DNA from: Chloroflexota bacterium
Lineage (GTDB): Bacteria > Chloroflexota > Limnocylindria > Limnocylindrales > CSP1-4
Direction of reading: 5' to 3'
DNA length: 64,000 nt
Assembly (NCBI GenBank): GCA_040389445.1
Contig: JAZJZX010000003.1
Coordinates: 5,298-69,297, forward strand
The notes beneath the pieces are model-generated. The model saw only the letters and a program-made list of their open reading frames with translations. It made no database searches and was not told where the DNA came from. Shown here one piece after another: positions 36,237-47,205 of this stretch. The position numbers were made by a program, and so were the translations under genes. Positions within the stretch are counted from its first letter, which is position 1. The number at the start of each line of letters is the position of its first letter.

Positions 36237-38051
36237 CTACGGCAACTGGACGCCCGGAACGGTCCGGGCGAGGAACTCGAGGACCACGCCCGTCTGCTTG
36301 ATTCGTTCGTCGATCTGGAAGGGGGCGTGGCCCGAGGGGAACAGGTACAGCTGGTGCGGGTGGTTGCGCGCGGCGAGGCGATCCGTGTAGGCGAGCACCT
36401 GCCCGATCGGGCAGCGACTGTCGGCCTTGCCGGCCAGGAACAGGATCGGCGCCTTGACCTCGTCCACGTACGAGATCGGCGATCGCTCGGCCATCAGCTG
36501 CGGGACCTCGGCCGGGGTTCCGCCCAGCAGGGCGCGGTCGTAGGCCTGGAGAAGCGGGGACAGGTGTTCGTAACCGAGCGCGTAATCGCCGACCGGCACC
36601 CCGGCCACGCCGGAGATGAATCGATCCGGGTGCATGCCGTGCATCAGCAGGGTCAGGTAGCCGCCCCAGGACCAGCCGGCGATCGCGAGCCGCGCCGGAT
36701 CCGCGAGTCCCTTGGCGAGCAGATCGTCCACGCCCGCGTTGATGTCCTCGAGTTCCGGCCAGCCGATATTCCCGATGAGCGTGTCACGCCATCCCGCTCC
36801 GAAGCCGATCGACCCGCGGTAGTTCACCAGCACGACCTGGAACCCGGCGTCGACGTAGGCCTGAAGATCCGGGGCCCAGCGGTCGAGATCGATCGAGGTC
36901 GGGCCGCCGTGGACATGGACGAGCGTCGGATAGGGGGCCTCGCCTTCGGGCTCGATACGCCAGCCCGTGACGGTCTGGCCGTGCGGGTTCGGGAATGACC
37001 ACGGGATGAATGCCCGGCCGGCCGGCGCCGGACCGGCGTCGAGGATCGGCTCATCTCGTCCGACCTGGAGCAGTACGCCCGGGTGCTCGCCATCCTGAAG
37101 TCGGTACCAGACCGAGCCGTCCGGCCGGACGCGGGCGCCAGAAACGGACCCCGCCCGGGTTTCGAGGTCGGTGATGGTGCCGGAAGCGAGTTCGTACCGG
37201 TGCAGCCGATGCCGCCCGTCCTTCAGCTCGACGAGCAGCAACGCGCTCGCATCGGGCCACCAGTCGGCGACTTCGGTGTGGCCGGCCCAGGGCAGGTCGA
37301 GGTCCTGGAACTCCCCGGAGCGCGGGTTCCACACGGCGGGCGCGTGCTCGCCGCGCCGCTCGTGGCCGATGGCCAGGCGGTCGTCCCCCGGGACCGGCGA
37401 CCACGCCTCGGCCGTGAGGGATCCTCCCTCGTCCCGCAGATCGGCAACGGTGGCGCCGGTTCTGGCATCGATGACCCGAAGGGCCGGATGAATAAGATCG
37501 CCGTGCTCGCCGTGTTCGATGGCGATCAGCTTCTCGTCAGCCGACAGGCCGGCCAGCTCCGTGCCGCCGCGAATGGTGGCATCAGCTCCGCCGAGGAGGA
37601 GCGATTCGGTGCTGAACGCCAGCCGTCGCGCCGAGCCCGAATCGTCGATCACATAGAGACCGAAGCCCGAATCGTTGCTGATGACCGCAACGGACCGCGC
37701 CCGCCCTGGAGCCATGCCCTCATCCCAGCCGGTCGGCAGGCCCTCCGCGAGCGGCTCGGGTTCACCGCCCATGAACGGCGCGGCCACCCATTCGCCGGCC
37801 TCGGAGCCCGTTGTATCGCGGTGCCACAGGACCCACTCGCCGTCGGCGCTGACCTGACCGGAAACCAGGCCGATGGGTTCGTGGGTGATCTGACGGCGGA
37901 CGCCGGAATCGAGGTCCCAGGAGTGGAGCTGATAGATGCCGCTCTCGGATGACACGTAGACGATCCGGTTCGGAGCATCCCGCGACCACGTGGGAGACCC
38001 GATGATCGGCGCACGAAAACGGCGCTCCCACACGGGCGTCGGTTCAGTCAT
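36237..38051 (-). CDS. S9 family peptidase
   Basis: VHGGP, NYRGSIGFG, GWSWGG, ADSRC, SGHA. Confidence 0.92.
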   Translation of the reverse strand: MTEPTPVWERRFRAPIIGSPTWSRDAPNRIVYVSSESGIYQLHSWDLDSGVRRQITHEPIGLVSGQVSADGEWVLWHRDTTGSEAGEWVAAPFMGGEPEPLAEGLPTGWDEGMAPGRARSVAVISNDSGFGLYVIDDSGSARRLAFSTESLLLGGADATIRGGTELAGLSADEKLIAIEHGEHGDLIHPALRVIDARTGATVADLRDEGGSLTAEAWSPVPGDDRLAIGHERRGEHAPAVWNPRSGEFQDLDLPWAGHTEVADWWPDASALLLVELKDGRHRLHRYELASGTITDLETRAGSVSGARVRPDGSVWYRLQDGEHPGVLLQVGRDEPILDAGPAPAGRAFIPWSFPNPHGQTVTGWRIEPEGEAPYPTLVHVHGGPTSIDLDRWAPDLQAYVDAGFQVVLVNYRGSIGFGAGWRDTLIGNIGWPELEDINAGVDDLLAKGLADPARLAIAGWSWGGYLTLLMHGMHPDRFISGVAGVPVGDYALGYEHLSPLLQAYDRALLGGTPAEVPQLMAERSPISYVDEVKAPILFLAGKADSRCPIGQVLAYTDRLAARNHPHQLYLFPSGHAPFQIDERIKQTGVVLEFLARTVPGVQLP

Positions 38052-38110
38052 GGCGATCGCACCTCTGCTGGCCCGTCATCCGGCCCGGGCACCGGTCGGG
38101 ACGCCTGTCC

Positions 38111-38770
38111 TCATGATGCCGGTTGCAGGAGGATCGCGACCGTCAACAGGATCTGACCCGCGTGGTAGGGAACCATCACGCCGAGTCGATGCCAGGCGGG
38201 CGCGGTGTCGCGCGTTTCGGGCGACGTCACGAACCGGCGCCATCCCAACCGGGCATCCGATGCGACGAACAGCCAGGCCCCCACCGCGGCCATCGGGGAT
38301 CGGCTGGCCGTCGCCGCGATCGCCATGAGCGTGATGCCAACAAGGTAGGCCCCGACGGGCCGACGCATTCCCGCCCGCGTCGCCCCAAGCAGGATCGGGC
38401 GGCCGGCCACCATCAGCGTTCCGACGCCGATTGCGGCCCCAGCGGCGGCAAGCACGGCGTCCAGGGGACCGAGCAGGAAGACGGCGAGGTAGGCGACATG
38501 GGCCACGAGGAACGCCGCAAGGCCTGCGGTGAAACGCCCGGGTGGCAGCATCAGCCAGTCGCCGGCGAGCGACGCCGCGAGCGCGGCACCCAGCAGCAGG
38601 CTGGTCGCCTTCGCGTCCGGGTCGTTGAGGAGCACTGCCGCGAGCAGCGGGGCGAGGACGGCCGCCTTCGAGACTCGTTCCAGCTGGAGGTCGCCGCGAA
38701 CGATCGCGTACCAGTTCACGGTTGCCGCAACTCCGGCGGCAGCGACCGCAACGGCGATCAGCGGGTTCAT
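38111..38770 (-). CDS. YhhN/TMEM86 family lysoplasmalogenase-like membrane protein
   Basis: Multi-TM; SLAGDWLML, GLAAFLVAHVAY, LFVASD, YHAGQ. Confidence 0.85.
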   Translation of the reverse strand: MNPLIAVAVAAAGVAATVNWYAIVRGDLQLERVSKAAVLAPLLAAVLLNDPDAKATSLLLGAALAASLAGDWLMLPPGRFTAGLAAFLVAHVAYLAVFLLGPLDAVLAAAGAAIGVGTLMVAGRPILLGATRAGMRRPVGAYLVGITLMAIAATASRSPMAAVGAWLFVASDARLGWRRFVTSPETRDTAPAWHRLGVMVPYHAGQILLTVAILLQPAS

Positions 38771-38845
38771 CGTTTGCCAGGAGCGGCGGTGTCGAGGACC
38801 TCGGGCGGGGCAGAGAGGGCAGGCATCCCGGGTATGATGCCCGAT

Positions 38846-40369
38846 GTGACGACCGACTCGACGAAGCTTCGCCCCTGGTCCGGTGACCGTGGCCCGGCCG
38901 GCTGGGGCCTCGGAGACGGTCAGGCGATCCCCTGGGAGTACGCCCCCGCCCCGGAATCGCGCGATGTCGTCAAGCTCCACGAACGCTACGGCCTGTTCAT
39001 CAACGGCCGCTTCGTCCAGGCCTCGGACGGAACCGTCTTCCCGACGCTCAACCCCGCGACGGAGGAGAAGATCGCCGATGTCGCCCGGGCGACCGCCGCC
39101 GACGTGGATCGTGCGATCAGGGCGGCCCGCCGCGCGCAGAAGCGAAGCTGGGGCACGCTCCCGGGTCGCGAGCGTGCCAAGTACCTGTTCCGGATCGCCC
39201 GGATCCTCCAGGAGCGGAGTCGCGAGTTCGCGGTCCTCGAGACGATGGACTCCGGCAAGCCGATCAAGGAGAGTCGGGACGTGGACGTCCCGCTCGCTGC
39301 GGCGCATTTCTGGTACTACGCGGGCTGGGCGGACAAGCTCGAATACGCCTTCCCGGGCCGGGTGGCGAAGCCCCTCGGCGTCGCGGCCCAGGTCATCCCG
39401 TGGAACTTCCCGCTCCTCATGCTGGCCTGGAAGATCGCGCCGGCACTCGCCGCCGGGAATACCGTCGTGCTCAAGCCCGCCTCCACGACACCCCTCAGCG
39501 CGCTGCTCTTCGCCGATGTCTGTCGCCAGGCTGATCTGCCGCCCGGCGTCGTCAACATCGTGCCCGGGCCGGCGGCGATCGGGATGCACCTGGTCTCGAG
39601 CCCCGGCGTGGACAAGGTCGCGTTCACCGGCTCGACCGGCGTCGGCAAGCTCATCCACCGCGCCGTGGCGGGCACGGACAAGGCGCTGACCCTGGAGCTC
39701 GGCGGCAAGGCCGCCAACATCGTGTTCGAGGATGCGGCCCTGGACCAGGCGGTCGAGGGCATCGTCAACGGGATCTACTTCAACCAGGGCGAGGTGTGCT
39801 GCGCCGGCTCGCGCCTGCTGGCCCAGGAATCGATCGTCGAGCCCCTGATCGAGAAGCTCAAGGACCGCCTGTCGACCATCCGGGTGGGCGATCCGATGGA
39901 CAAGAACACCGATGTCGGCGCGATCAACTCCCGCCAGCAACTGGACAAGATCACCGAGCTGGTCGCCGCCGGCGTCGCCGAGGGCGCGGAGTTGTACCAG
40001 CCGAATTGCGAGCTCCCGGACCGCGGCTACTTCTTCCGGCCCACCCTCTTCACCAACGTCGCCCAGAGCCATCGGATCGCGAAGGAGGAGATCTTCGGGC
40101 CGGTCCTGTCCGTGCTCACCTTCCGGACCCCCGAGGAGGCCGTCGAGAAGGCCAACAACACGCCCTTCGGCCTGTCGGCCGGGATCTGGACGGAGAAGGG
40201 GAGCCGGATCCTGTCCATGGTGCGGCGGATGCGCGCCGGCGTCGTCTGGGCCAATACGTTCAACCGGTTCGATCCCGCGTCGCCGTTCGGCGGCTACAAG
40301 GAGTCCGGCTTCGGGCGCGAGGGAGGGCTGCACGGGCTCCATGCCTACGTTCGCCTGGACGACCGCTGA
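38846..40369 (+). CDS. Aldehyde dehydrogenase (alternative start 38834)
   Basis: PWNFP, FTGSTGVG, LELGGK, NQGEVCCAGSR, EEIFGP, GGYKESGFGREG. Confidence 0.95.
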   Translation: MTTDSTKLRPWSGDRGPAGWGLGDGQAIPWEYAPAPESRDVVKLHERYGLFINGRFVQASDGTVFPTLNPATEEKIADVARATAADVDRAIRAARRAQKRSWGTLPGRERAKYLFRIARILQERSREFAVLETMDSGKPIKESRDVDVPLAAAHFWYYAGWADKLEYAFPGRVAKPLGVAAQVIPWNFPLLMLAWKIAPALAAGNTVVLKPASTTPLSALLFADVCRQADLPPGVVNIVPGPAAIGMHLVSSPGVDKVAFTGSTGVGKLIHRAVAGTDKALTLELGGKAANIVFEDAALDQAVEGIVNGIYFNQGEVCCAGSRLLAQESIVEPLIEKLKDRLSTIRVGDPMDKNTDVGAINSRQQLDKITELVAAGVAEGAELYQPNCELPDRGYFFRPTLFTNVAQSHRIAKEEIFGPVLSVLTFRTPEEAVEKANNTPFGLSAGIWTEKGSRILSMVRRMRAGVVWANTFNRFDPASPFGGYKESGFGREGGLHGLHAYVRLDDR

Positions 40370-41328
40370 TGGCGGCCCCTCGCCGCGCCGGCCTGCCTGC
40401 TCGCCGAAGGCCGGCTGCGGCCGCCGCCGTCGAGGCGGCTCCGTCGTCCCGGATCGAGATCCGCAAGACCTGGAAGCTGTACATCGGCGGGGCCTTTCCG
40501 CGCACGGAGAGCGGCCGCTCGTACCTCGTGAGCGCTGCCGACGGGACCCCGATCGCCAACGCCTGCCGGGCCTCCCGCAAGGACCTGCGCGATGCGGTCC
40601 GGGCCGCCCGCAAGGCATTCCCCGGCTGGGCTGATCGAGCAGCGATGAATCGCGGCCAGATCCTGTACCGGGTCGCCGAGCTCATGGAGGGCCGACGGGA
40701 CCAGTTCGTCGCCGAGGTGGCGCAGGCAGAGGGCCTTCGGCCCGATCGCGCCCGGGTCGTCGTCGATCGCGCGATCGATCGATGGGTCTGGTACGCCGGC
40801 TGGGCGGACAAGATCGCCCAGGTGCTCGGGTCGTCCAATCCCGTTGCCGGCGACTACTTCAACTTCACGATCCCCGAGCCCACGGGCGTCGTGGGGATCG
40901 TGGCACCCGAGACCTCCTCCCTGCTCGGGCTCGTGTCACGGATCGCGCCACCGCTCGTTGCCGGCAACACGATCGTCGTGGTCACGTCCGAGGGACGCCC
41001 GCTGCCGGCGATCACCCTGACCGAGGTTCTCGCCACCTCCGACGTTCCGGCCGGCGTGGTGAACGTCATCACCGGCTTCAAGAGGGAACTCGTGCCGGTC
41101 CTGGCCGCGCATGCCGACGTCGACGCCATCGACGTCTGGGGTGTCGAGGATGCCGCCCGCCGCGACGCAGAACTCGCCGCCACGGACAACGTCAAGCGGA
41201 TCATCCGGCGCCCGACCGGCACGACCGATGCCCGCTTCGATTGGCTGGACGATCGTGCCGCCGAGCGTCCCGAGTGGATCGCCGCCTACGTGGAGATGAA
41301 GACCGTCTGGCACCCCATCGGCGTGTGA
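40369..41328 (+). CDS. Truncated aldehyde-dehydrogenase-family protein (NAD-binding domain only)
   Basis: KTWKLYIGGAFPRTESGR, EPTGVVGI, KTVWHPIG; no LELGGK or catalytic Cys domain; coupled to the preceding ALDH. Confidence 0.88.
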   Translation: MAAPRRAGLPARRRPAAAAAVEAAPSSRIEIRKTWKLYIGGAFPRTESGRSYLVSAADGTPIANACRASRKDLRDAVRAARKAFPGWADRAAMNRGQILYRVAELMEGRRDQFVAEVAQAEGLRPDRARVVVDRAIDRWVWYAGWADKIAQVLGSSNPVAGDYFNFTIPEPTGVVGIVAPETSSLLGLVSRIAPPLVAGNTIVVVTSEGRPLPAITLTEVLATSDVPAGVVNVITGFKRELVPVLAAHADVDAIDVWGVEDAARRDAELAATDNVKRIIRRPTGTTDARFDWLDDRAAERPEWIAAYVEMKTVWHPIGV

Positions 41329-41350
41329 CGGGCAGGGGAGCGGGTACCGC

Positions 41351-42252
<902 letters not shown>

Positions 42253-42256
<4 letters not shown>

Positions 42257-43950
42257 CGGCGACTCTCCAGCCCACAGGATCGGGGTCTGCGCAGCCGACA
42301 CTTTCGGCCCCGTCCCTCGGAGCGCGTCTCGTCGGCCGAGGCTCGGTGTTCGGCAAGGCGTTCCGTGACAGCCTTCGTACCGGGCTGATCCTCGGCGCCG
42401 TCTTCGGACTGCTGATCGCGCTGACCGCTGCCCAGGTCGCCGCGGAATTCACGACCCAGGAATCCCGGCTCGCCTTTGCTCGTCAGCTCGCGGCGCTCCC
42501 CAAGGTGCTGCAGGGCATGCTGGGTGAACCGATCCGGATCGACACCCTGGGCGGATTCGTCTCGTGGCGCCTGTTCAACTTCTTCCCGGTCATGTTCGGC
42601 ATCTGGTCCGTGGTCGCGCTGTCGGGGACGCTCGCAGGCGAGCTCGCACGAGGCAGCCTGGACCTCGTGGCGGCCACGCCCGTCGCCCGCCGGCGCCTGG
42701 CGCTCGGCAAGATCGGTGCCTACCTGGCCGCGATCAGCGTCCCGGTCCTGATCCTGGGAATCGTGACGTATGCGAGCGTCAACGGGCTGGCCTCCCTGCC
42801 CGGCGACAGCGTTTCGCTGGAGGCCATGGCAGGTCAGTCCGTGTGGCTCTTCATCGTGCTCCTCGCGCCCGGCGCTGCTGCGTTCGCAGTCGCTCCGATC
42901 CTGGGTCGGGGCGGAGCACTCGCGGTCGGCGCAACGGCACTGTTCGCGAGCTTCCTCGTGTCTGCCTATTCGGACACCGTGCCGGCGTTCGCGTCGCTCC
43001 GGGGTCTTTCCTTCCTCGCGATCACCGCGGGACACCGGCCGCTGGCCGGCGAATGGGACTGGGCGGCGGTCGGTCTGCTGGCCATGATCACGGCCGCCCT
43101 CCTGCTCATGGGAATCCTGGCCTTCGAGCGACGCGATCTGATCGTCCCGTCGGGTAGCCGGTTCCGGGTGCCGGCCCTGCGGCTGTGGATCACTGGCCCA
43201 TTCCTGCGCGGGATCGGCGAGCGGTTGCCGGCAGCCCTGGCCTGGGGCTTCGGCCTCGGGCTGTACGGCCTGATCATCGCCACCTCCGCCGATGAGTTCG
43301 TCGCCCAGATCGGGAAGATCCCGCAGATCGCCGACATGGTGCGGCGCATCTTCCCCGATGCCGATATCTTCTCGACCGGCGGCTTCCTGCAACTCGCCTT
43401 CTTTCAGGAGGGCATCGTGATGGTCGGCCTGGCGGCCTCCGTGTTCGTCGCCGGCTGGGCGTCCGATGAGGGCGACCGGAGGCTCGAGGTCATCCTCGCC
43501 GCGCCGCTCGGGCGCATCGGGTGGGCCGTCCGCAGCGGTCTCGCCGTGTTCGGAGCCATCGGAATCACCACCGTGATCATGGCCGCCGGGGTCGCGGCCG
43601 GCGCAGCCATCCAGGGCAGCGACCCGGTCGAGCCGGCCATCGGGATCCTCGTCCTGGGCCTGTACGGCATGGCCCTGGGAGGCGTGGGCCTGGCCGTTGG
43701 GGGGCTCATCCGACCGTCGCTCGCGGCTCCCGTGACGCTCGTCCTCGGGCTTGGCTGGTACCTGCTCGACATTCTTGGGGCGATCCTCAAATTGCCGGAC
43801 TTCGTCGTCGATCTCGCCCTGAATCGGCATCTCGGGCAGCCGATCATCGGGGTCTTCGACGTCGCCGGCCTCCTTGCCTCCGCGGTGCTCGCCTTCGGCG
43901 GGCTCGCGATCGCAGCCATCGGCATCCAGCGACGCGATCTCGGCCGGTAG
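42253..43950 (+). CDS. ABC-2 exporter permease, two-repeat (polyketide/tetronasin-resistance-like)
   Basis: Duplicated permease halves each ending in RRDL; ELARGSLDL and DEGDRRLE motifs. Confidence 0.8.
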
Positions 43951-43957
43951 GCCGACC

Positions 43958-44854
43958 TTGCCACCTGTTGCCGTCGCCCTCGTTCTCGTCGCGGCCGTTC
44001 TCCACGCCGGCTGGAACGTCCTCCTCAAGACCTCCGGGGATCCGCTCCGGACCGCGGTCCGGCTCCAGGCCATCGGCACGGCGGTGCTGGTGCCGATCGG
44101 GGTCGTGGCCTGGGTCGCGCACGGGAGCCCTGCCCCCGACCCAGCCGGTGTGGGACTGGCCCTCATCTCGGGCGTGCTCGAGGCGGGCTATTTCGTGTTC
44201 CTGTCGGCGGCCTACCGACGCGGCGACCTCTCGCTCGTCTATCCACTGGCCAGGGGCAGCGCCCCCCTCCTGGCCATCGTCGTCGGCCTCGGACTGCTGG
44301 GCGAGCGGCTGTCCGGCCCGGCCCTCGTGGGCGTCGCCTGCCTGATGGTCGGGATCATGCTCGTGGCTCGCCCCTGGCGCGCGTTCCGCGCAGCCGGCCG
44401 ACACCACCGCGGCGCCATCGGGTTTGCGCTCCTGACCGGTGCCACGATCGCCGCCTACTCAACCGTGGATCGCCTGGGGGTCCGCATCCTGGAACCGTGG
44501 GTGTACGGCTCGTTGCTGGCGGTGTTTGCGACGGTGATCCTGACCACGGTCGTCGTGCTGGGCAGGCGCTCCGGGATCATCGCCACCCCACCCATCACCG
44601 ACCGCCAGACCCCCCTGTGGCGCGACGCCGCGGCAGGGGTGCTCTCCCTTACCGCGTATCTCCTGATCCTGTTTGCCTACGCACTCGCGCCCCTGGCGGC
44701 CGTGGCACCGCTCCGGGAGTCGGGCATCGTGATCGCGGCTGCCTGGGGCGCGCTCCGACTCGGTGAGGCGGTGGGACGGCGTCAGGCCGGGGCGCGGATC
44801 GCCGCGGCGGGGCTCGTGGTGGTCGGAGCGGTGCTGCTCGCGATCTCGCGCTGA
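43958..44854 (+). CDS. DMT/EamA family transporter
   Basis: LHAGWN, GDLSLVYPLARG, AYSTVD, APLRESG. Confidence 0.88.
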   Translation: MPPVAVALVLVAAVLHAGWNVLLKTSGDPLRTAVRLQAIGTAVLVPIGVVAWVAHGSPAPDPAGVGLALISGVLEAGYFVFLSAAYRRGDLSLVYPLARGSAPLLAIVVGLGLLGERLSGPALVGVACLMVGIMLVARPWRAFRAAGRHHRGAIGFALLTGATIAAYSTVDRLGVRILEPWVYGSLLAVFATVILTTVVVLGRRSGIIATPPITDRQTPLWRDAAAGVLSLTAYLLILFAYALAPLAAVAPLRESGIVIAAAWGALRLGEAVGRRQAGARIAAAGLVVVGAVLLAISR

Positions 44855-44925
44855 CGGGCCGCACGCTCGGGCACGCACGCCCGGCCACGCTCGCGTTGAG
44901 GGCACCCCGCCCGACCTCGCACACC

Positions 44926-44973
44926 TCGAGCCGGCATTCGGGCCGGTACTCGGGCCGGTACTCGGGCCGGCTG
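44926..44973. repeat. 4x12-bp tandem repeat between convergent genes
   Basis: TCGRGCCGGYNN at 44926, 44938, 44950, 44962. Confidence 0.8.
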
Positions 44974-44983
44974 CACCGCGCGG

Positions 44984-45913
44984 TCAGGCCTGGGTGGGCG
45001 GCGCCCCGCGACCGAACAGCCTGCGCTGGCCGTACCGGCTGTTGACCAGGGCGACGCCGGCGATGATCAGCGCCGTGCCGAACAGCACGCGCGCGTCGAC
45101 GGTTTCCTGGAAGACGAGGGCACCGGCGATGATCCCGACGATCGGCAGCAGGTAGGCCACGAGTGACGTGCGCGTGGCGCCGAGTCGTGCGAGCAGGCGG
45201 AAGTTCACCAGGTAGGCCAGGCCCGAGCCGAGGATGCCCAGCCAGACGACCGCGCCGACGGCCGGCGCGGTCCACTTGACCGCGAACGGAGCCTCGAACA
45301 ACAGCGCGATCGCGCTCACGATGACGAACGCGAAGGCGACCTGGAACAGCGCAGGAATCATCGGCCGCAGGCCGCGCATGGTCCGGCGAGCGTAGACGGC
45401 GCCGACGGCGTAGGACAGCGTGGACCCGAGGAGCGCCAGTTCGCCGCTGACGGTGCTGTCCGCCCCGACCAGGCCCAGGCTCCGGCTGACGAGGATGATC
45501 ACGCCGGCATACCCCACGACGAGCCCGGCCAATCGGTTCACCGTGATCGGTTCGTCGTGGAGGAAAAGCGAGGCGATCACGATCACGAACAGTGGGACTG
45601 CCCCGTTCAGGATGGCGGCGAGCGCGGAATCGACGGATCGCTCGGCCGTCGTGATCAGGTAGAACGGCAGCACGATGTTGACAACCGACATGACCACCAG
45701 ATGGCCGTAGATCCTCGGGTTGCGCGGAAGCGGTTCCCGGGCGACGAAAACCACCGTCGCGAGGATCGTCAACCCGATGCCCAGCCGGGCGGCGATCAGC
45801 GTGAACGTCGGGAGCGTTTCCACGCCGATCTTGATGAAGACGTAGCTCGTGCCCCACATGAAGCCGAGCGCCAGCAGCAGGAGCCAGTCGAGTCGGGTGG
45901 GGCGGGCGATCAT
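44984..45913 (-). CDS. DMT/EamA family transporter
   Basis: MWGTSYVFIK, SALAAILN, GATRTSLVAYLLP; 10 TM. Confidence 0.9.
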   Translation of the reverse strand: MIARPTRLDWLLLLALGFMWGTSYVFIKIGVETLPTFTLIAARLGIGLTILATVVFVAREPLPRNPRIYGHLVVMSVVNIVLPFYLITTAERSVDSALAAILNGAVPLFVIVIASLFLHDEPITVNRLAGLVVGYAGVIILVSRSLGLVGADSTVSGELALLGSTLSYAVGAVYARRTMRGLRPMIPALFQVAFAFVIVSAIALLFEAPFAVKWTAPAVGAVVWLGILGSGLAYLVNFRLLARLGATRTSLVAYLLPIVGIIAGALVFQETVDARVLFGTALIIAGVALVNSRYGQRRLFGRGAPPTQA

Positions 45914-45992
45914 CGGCGCATCATAACCGCCGTTGGCCTAGTTCGATGGGCCAACATCAGCGCTCGACGCCGCAGGCCGCTACCATCCGCGG

Positions 45993-47192
45993 GTGGTCGC
46001 CATCAGGATCCTGTTTCTGCTCGCCGGGGCCATCCTCGGGGTGTTCTACCCGTTTCTCTCGGCGATCCTCGCCGACCGCGGCTTCAGCGCCGCCGAGATC
46101 GGCCTTACCGCCGCTTTGGCGTCACTCGCGTTCATGCTGTCGGTGCCCGTCTGGGGCCACCTGGCGGATGTCGTCATCGGGCGCGTCGCCGCTCTCCGGG
46201 TCGGCATCCTCGGCTCGACCATCGCCGTCCTGGGGCTGCTCCTGAGTGTGCCGCCGCTCGTCGTCGTGGTCCTGGTCCTGGCCTACGCGGCGTTCGAGTC
46301 CTCGCTCTCACCGCTCGCCGACGCGCTGGCCGTCAATGCCCTTGGCCGATCGCCCCGCTCCTATGCCCGGGTCCGGCTCCTGACGAGCCTGGGTTTCGCC
46401 GGAACATCGATTCTCGCCGGCCGCATGTACGACGAGACCGGGTTCTGGCCGGCTCCGATCCTCTGGGCGGTCGGTGGGGCTGCGATCATCCTCGTCAGCC
46501 GATGGGTACCCGACGTCGCGCGATTTGGCGTGCATCGCGACCCGGCATCGGCCGCGGGACGGGCCGGCCGACGCGGCGGGTCGTTCATGCATGTCGTGCG
46601 CATGCAGCCGCGACTCCGCGGACTCCTCCTTGGCCTGGGCCTCGTGCACGTCGGTATCCTCGCCGGGTTCACCTTCCTCGCCCTGCGACTGCTCCAGCTC
46701 GGCGGCCAGCCGTCCGACGTGGCCTTGTCCGCCGGCGTATCGGCGCTCGCCGAGATCCCGGCGATGGCCCTGATCCCCCGGATCGTGAACCGGACCGGGG
46801 TCCGAACATTGCTGGTCGCCGGAATCCTCCTGTACGTCGCAGCGCTCGTGGCGTGGGCATTGCTTGCCGACCCGTCGTTGATCGTTGCCACCCGGATCGT
46901 GAGCGGCGTGGGGTTCTCGGCCATCACCATTGCCGCCGTCATGACGATCGCGGCACTCCTGCCCCCTGAACTGCAGGCGACCGGCCAGGGTCTCTATCAG
47001 ACGGTCGGATTCGGAGCCGCGGCCGTCGTCGCGAACCTCGTTGGCGGCTTTGCCTTCGGGCTGGGCGGCGCGATGCCGCTGTTCCTCGGTTGTGCTGTAC
47101 TTGCGCTGGTCGGCGCGATCGTGATCTGGCGGGTGGTCCCGCCCGACGCGCCCGGGGGATTCGCCGCAGCCCGCCGCTCGCCGGCCCGCTAG
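45993..47192 (+). CDS. MFS transporter (MFS_1-like/HcaT-like)
   Basis: 12 hydrophobic segments; WGHLAD, YARVRLLTSLGF, SALAEIP, ATGQGLY. Confidence 0.85.
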   Translation: MVAIRILFLLAGAILGVFYPFLSAILADRGFSAAEIGLTAALASLAFMLSVPVWGHLADVVIGRVAALRVGILGSTIAVLGLLLSVPPLVVVVLVLAYAAFESSLSPLADALAVNALGRSPRSYARVRLLTSLGFAGTSILAGRMYDETGFWPAPILWAVGGAAIILVSRWVPDVARFGVHRDPASAAGRAGRRGGSFMHVVRMQPRLRGLLLGLGLVHVGILAGFTFLALRLLQLGGQPSDVALSAGVSALAEIPAMALIPRIVNRTGVRTLLVAGILLYVAALVAWALLADPSLIVATRIVSGVGFSAITIAAVMTIAALLPPELQATGQGLYQTVGFGAAAVVANLVGGFAFGLGGAMPLFLGCAVLALVGAIVIWRVVPPDAPGGFAAARRSPAR

Positions 47193-47205
47193 CATCGAAC
47201 TCGAC

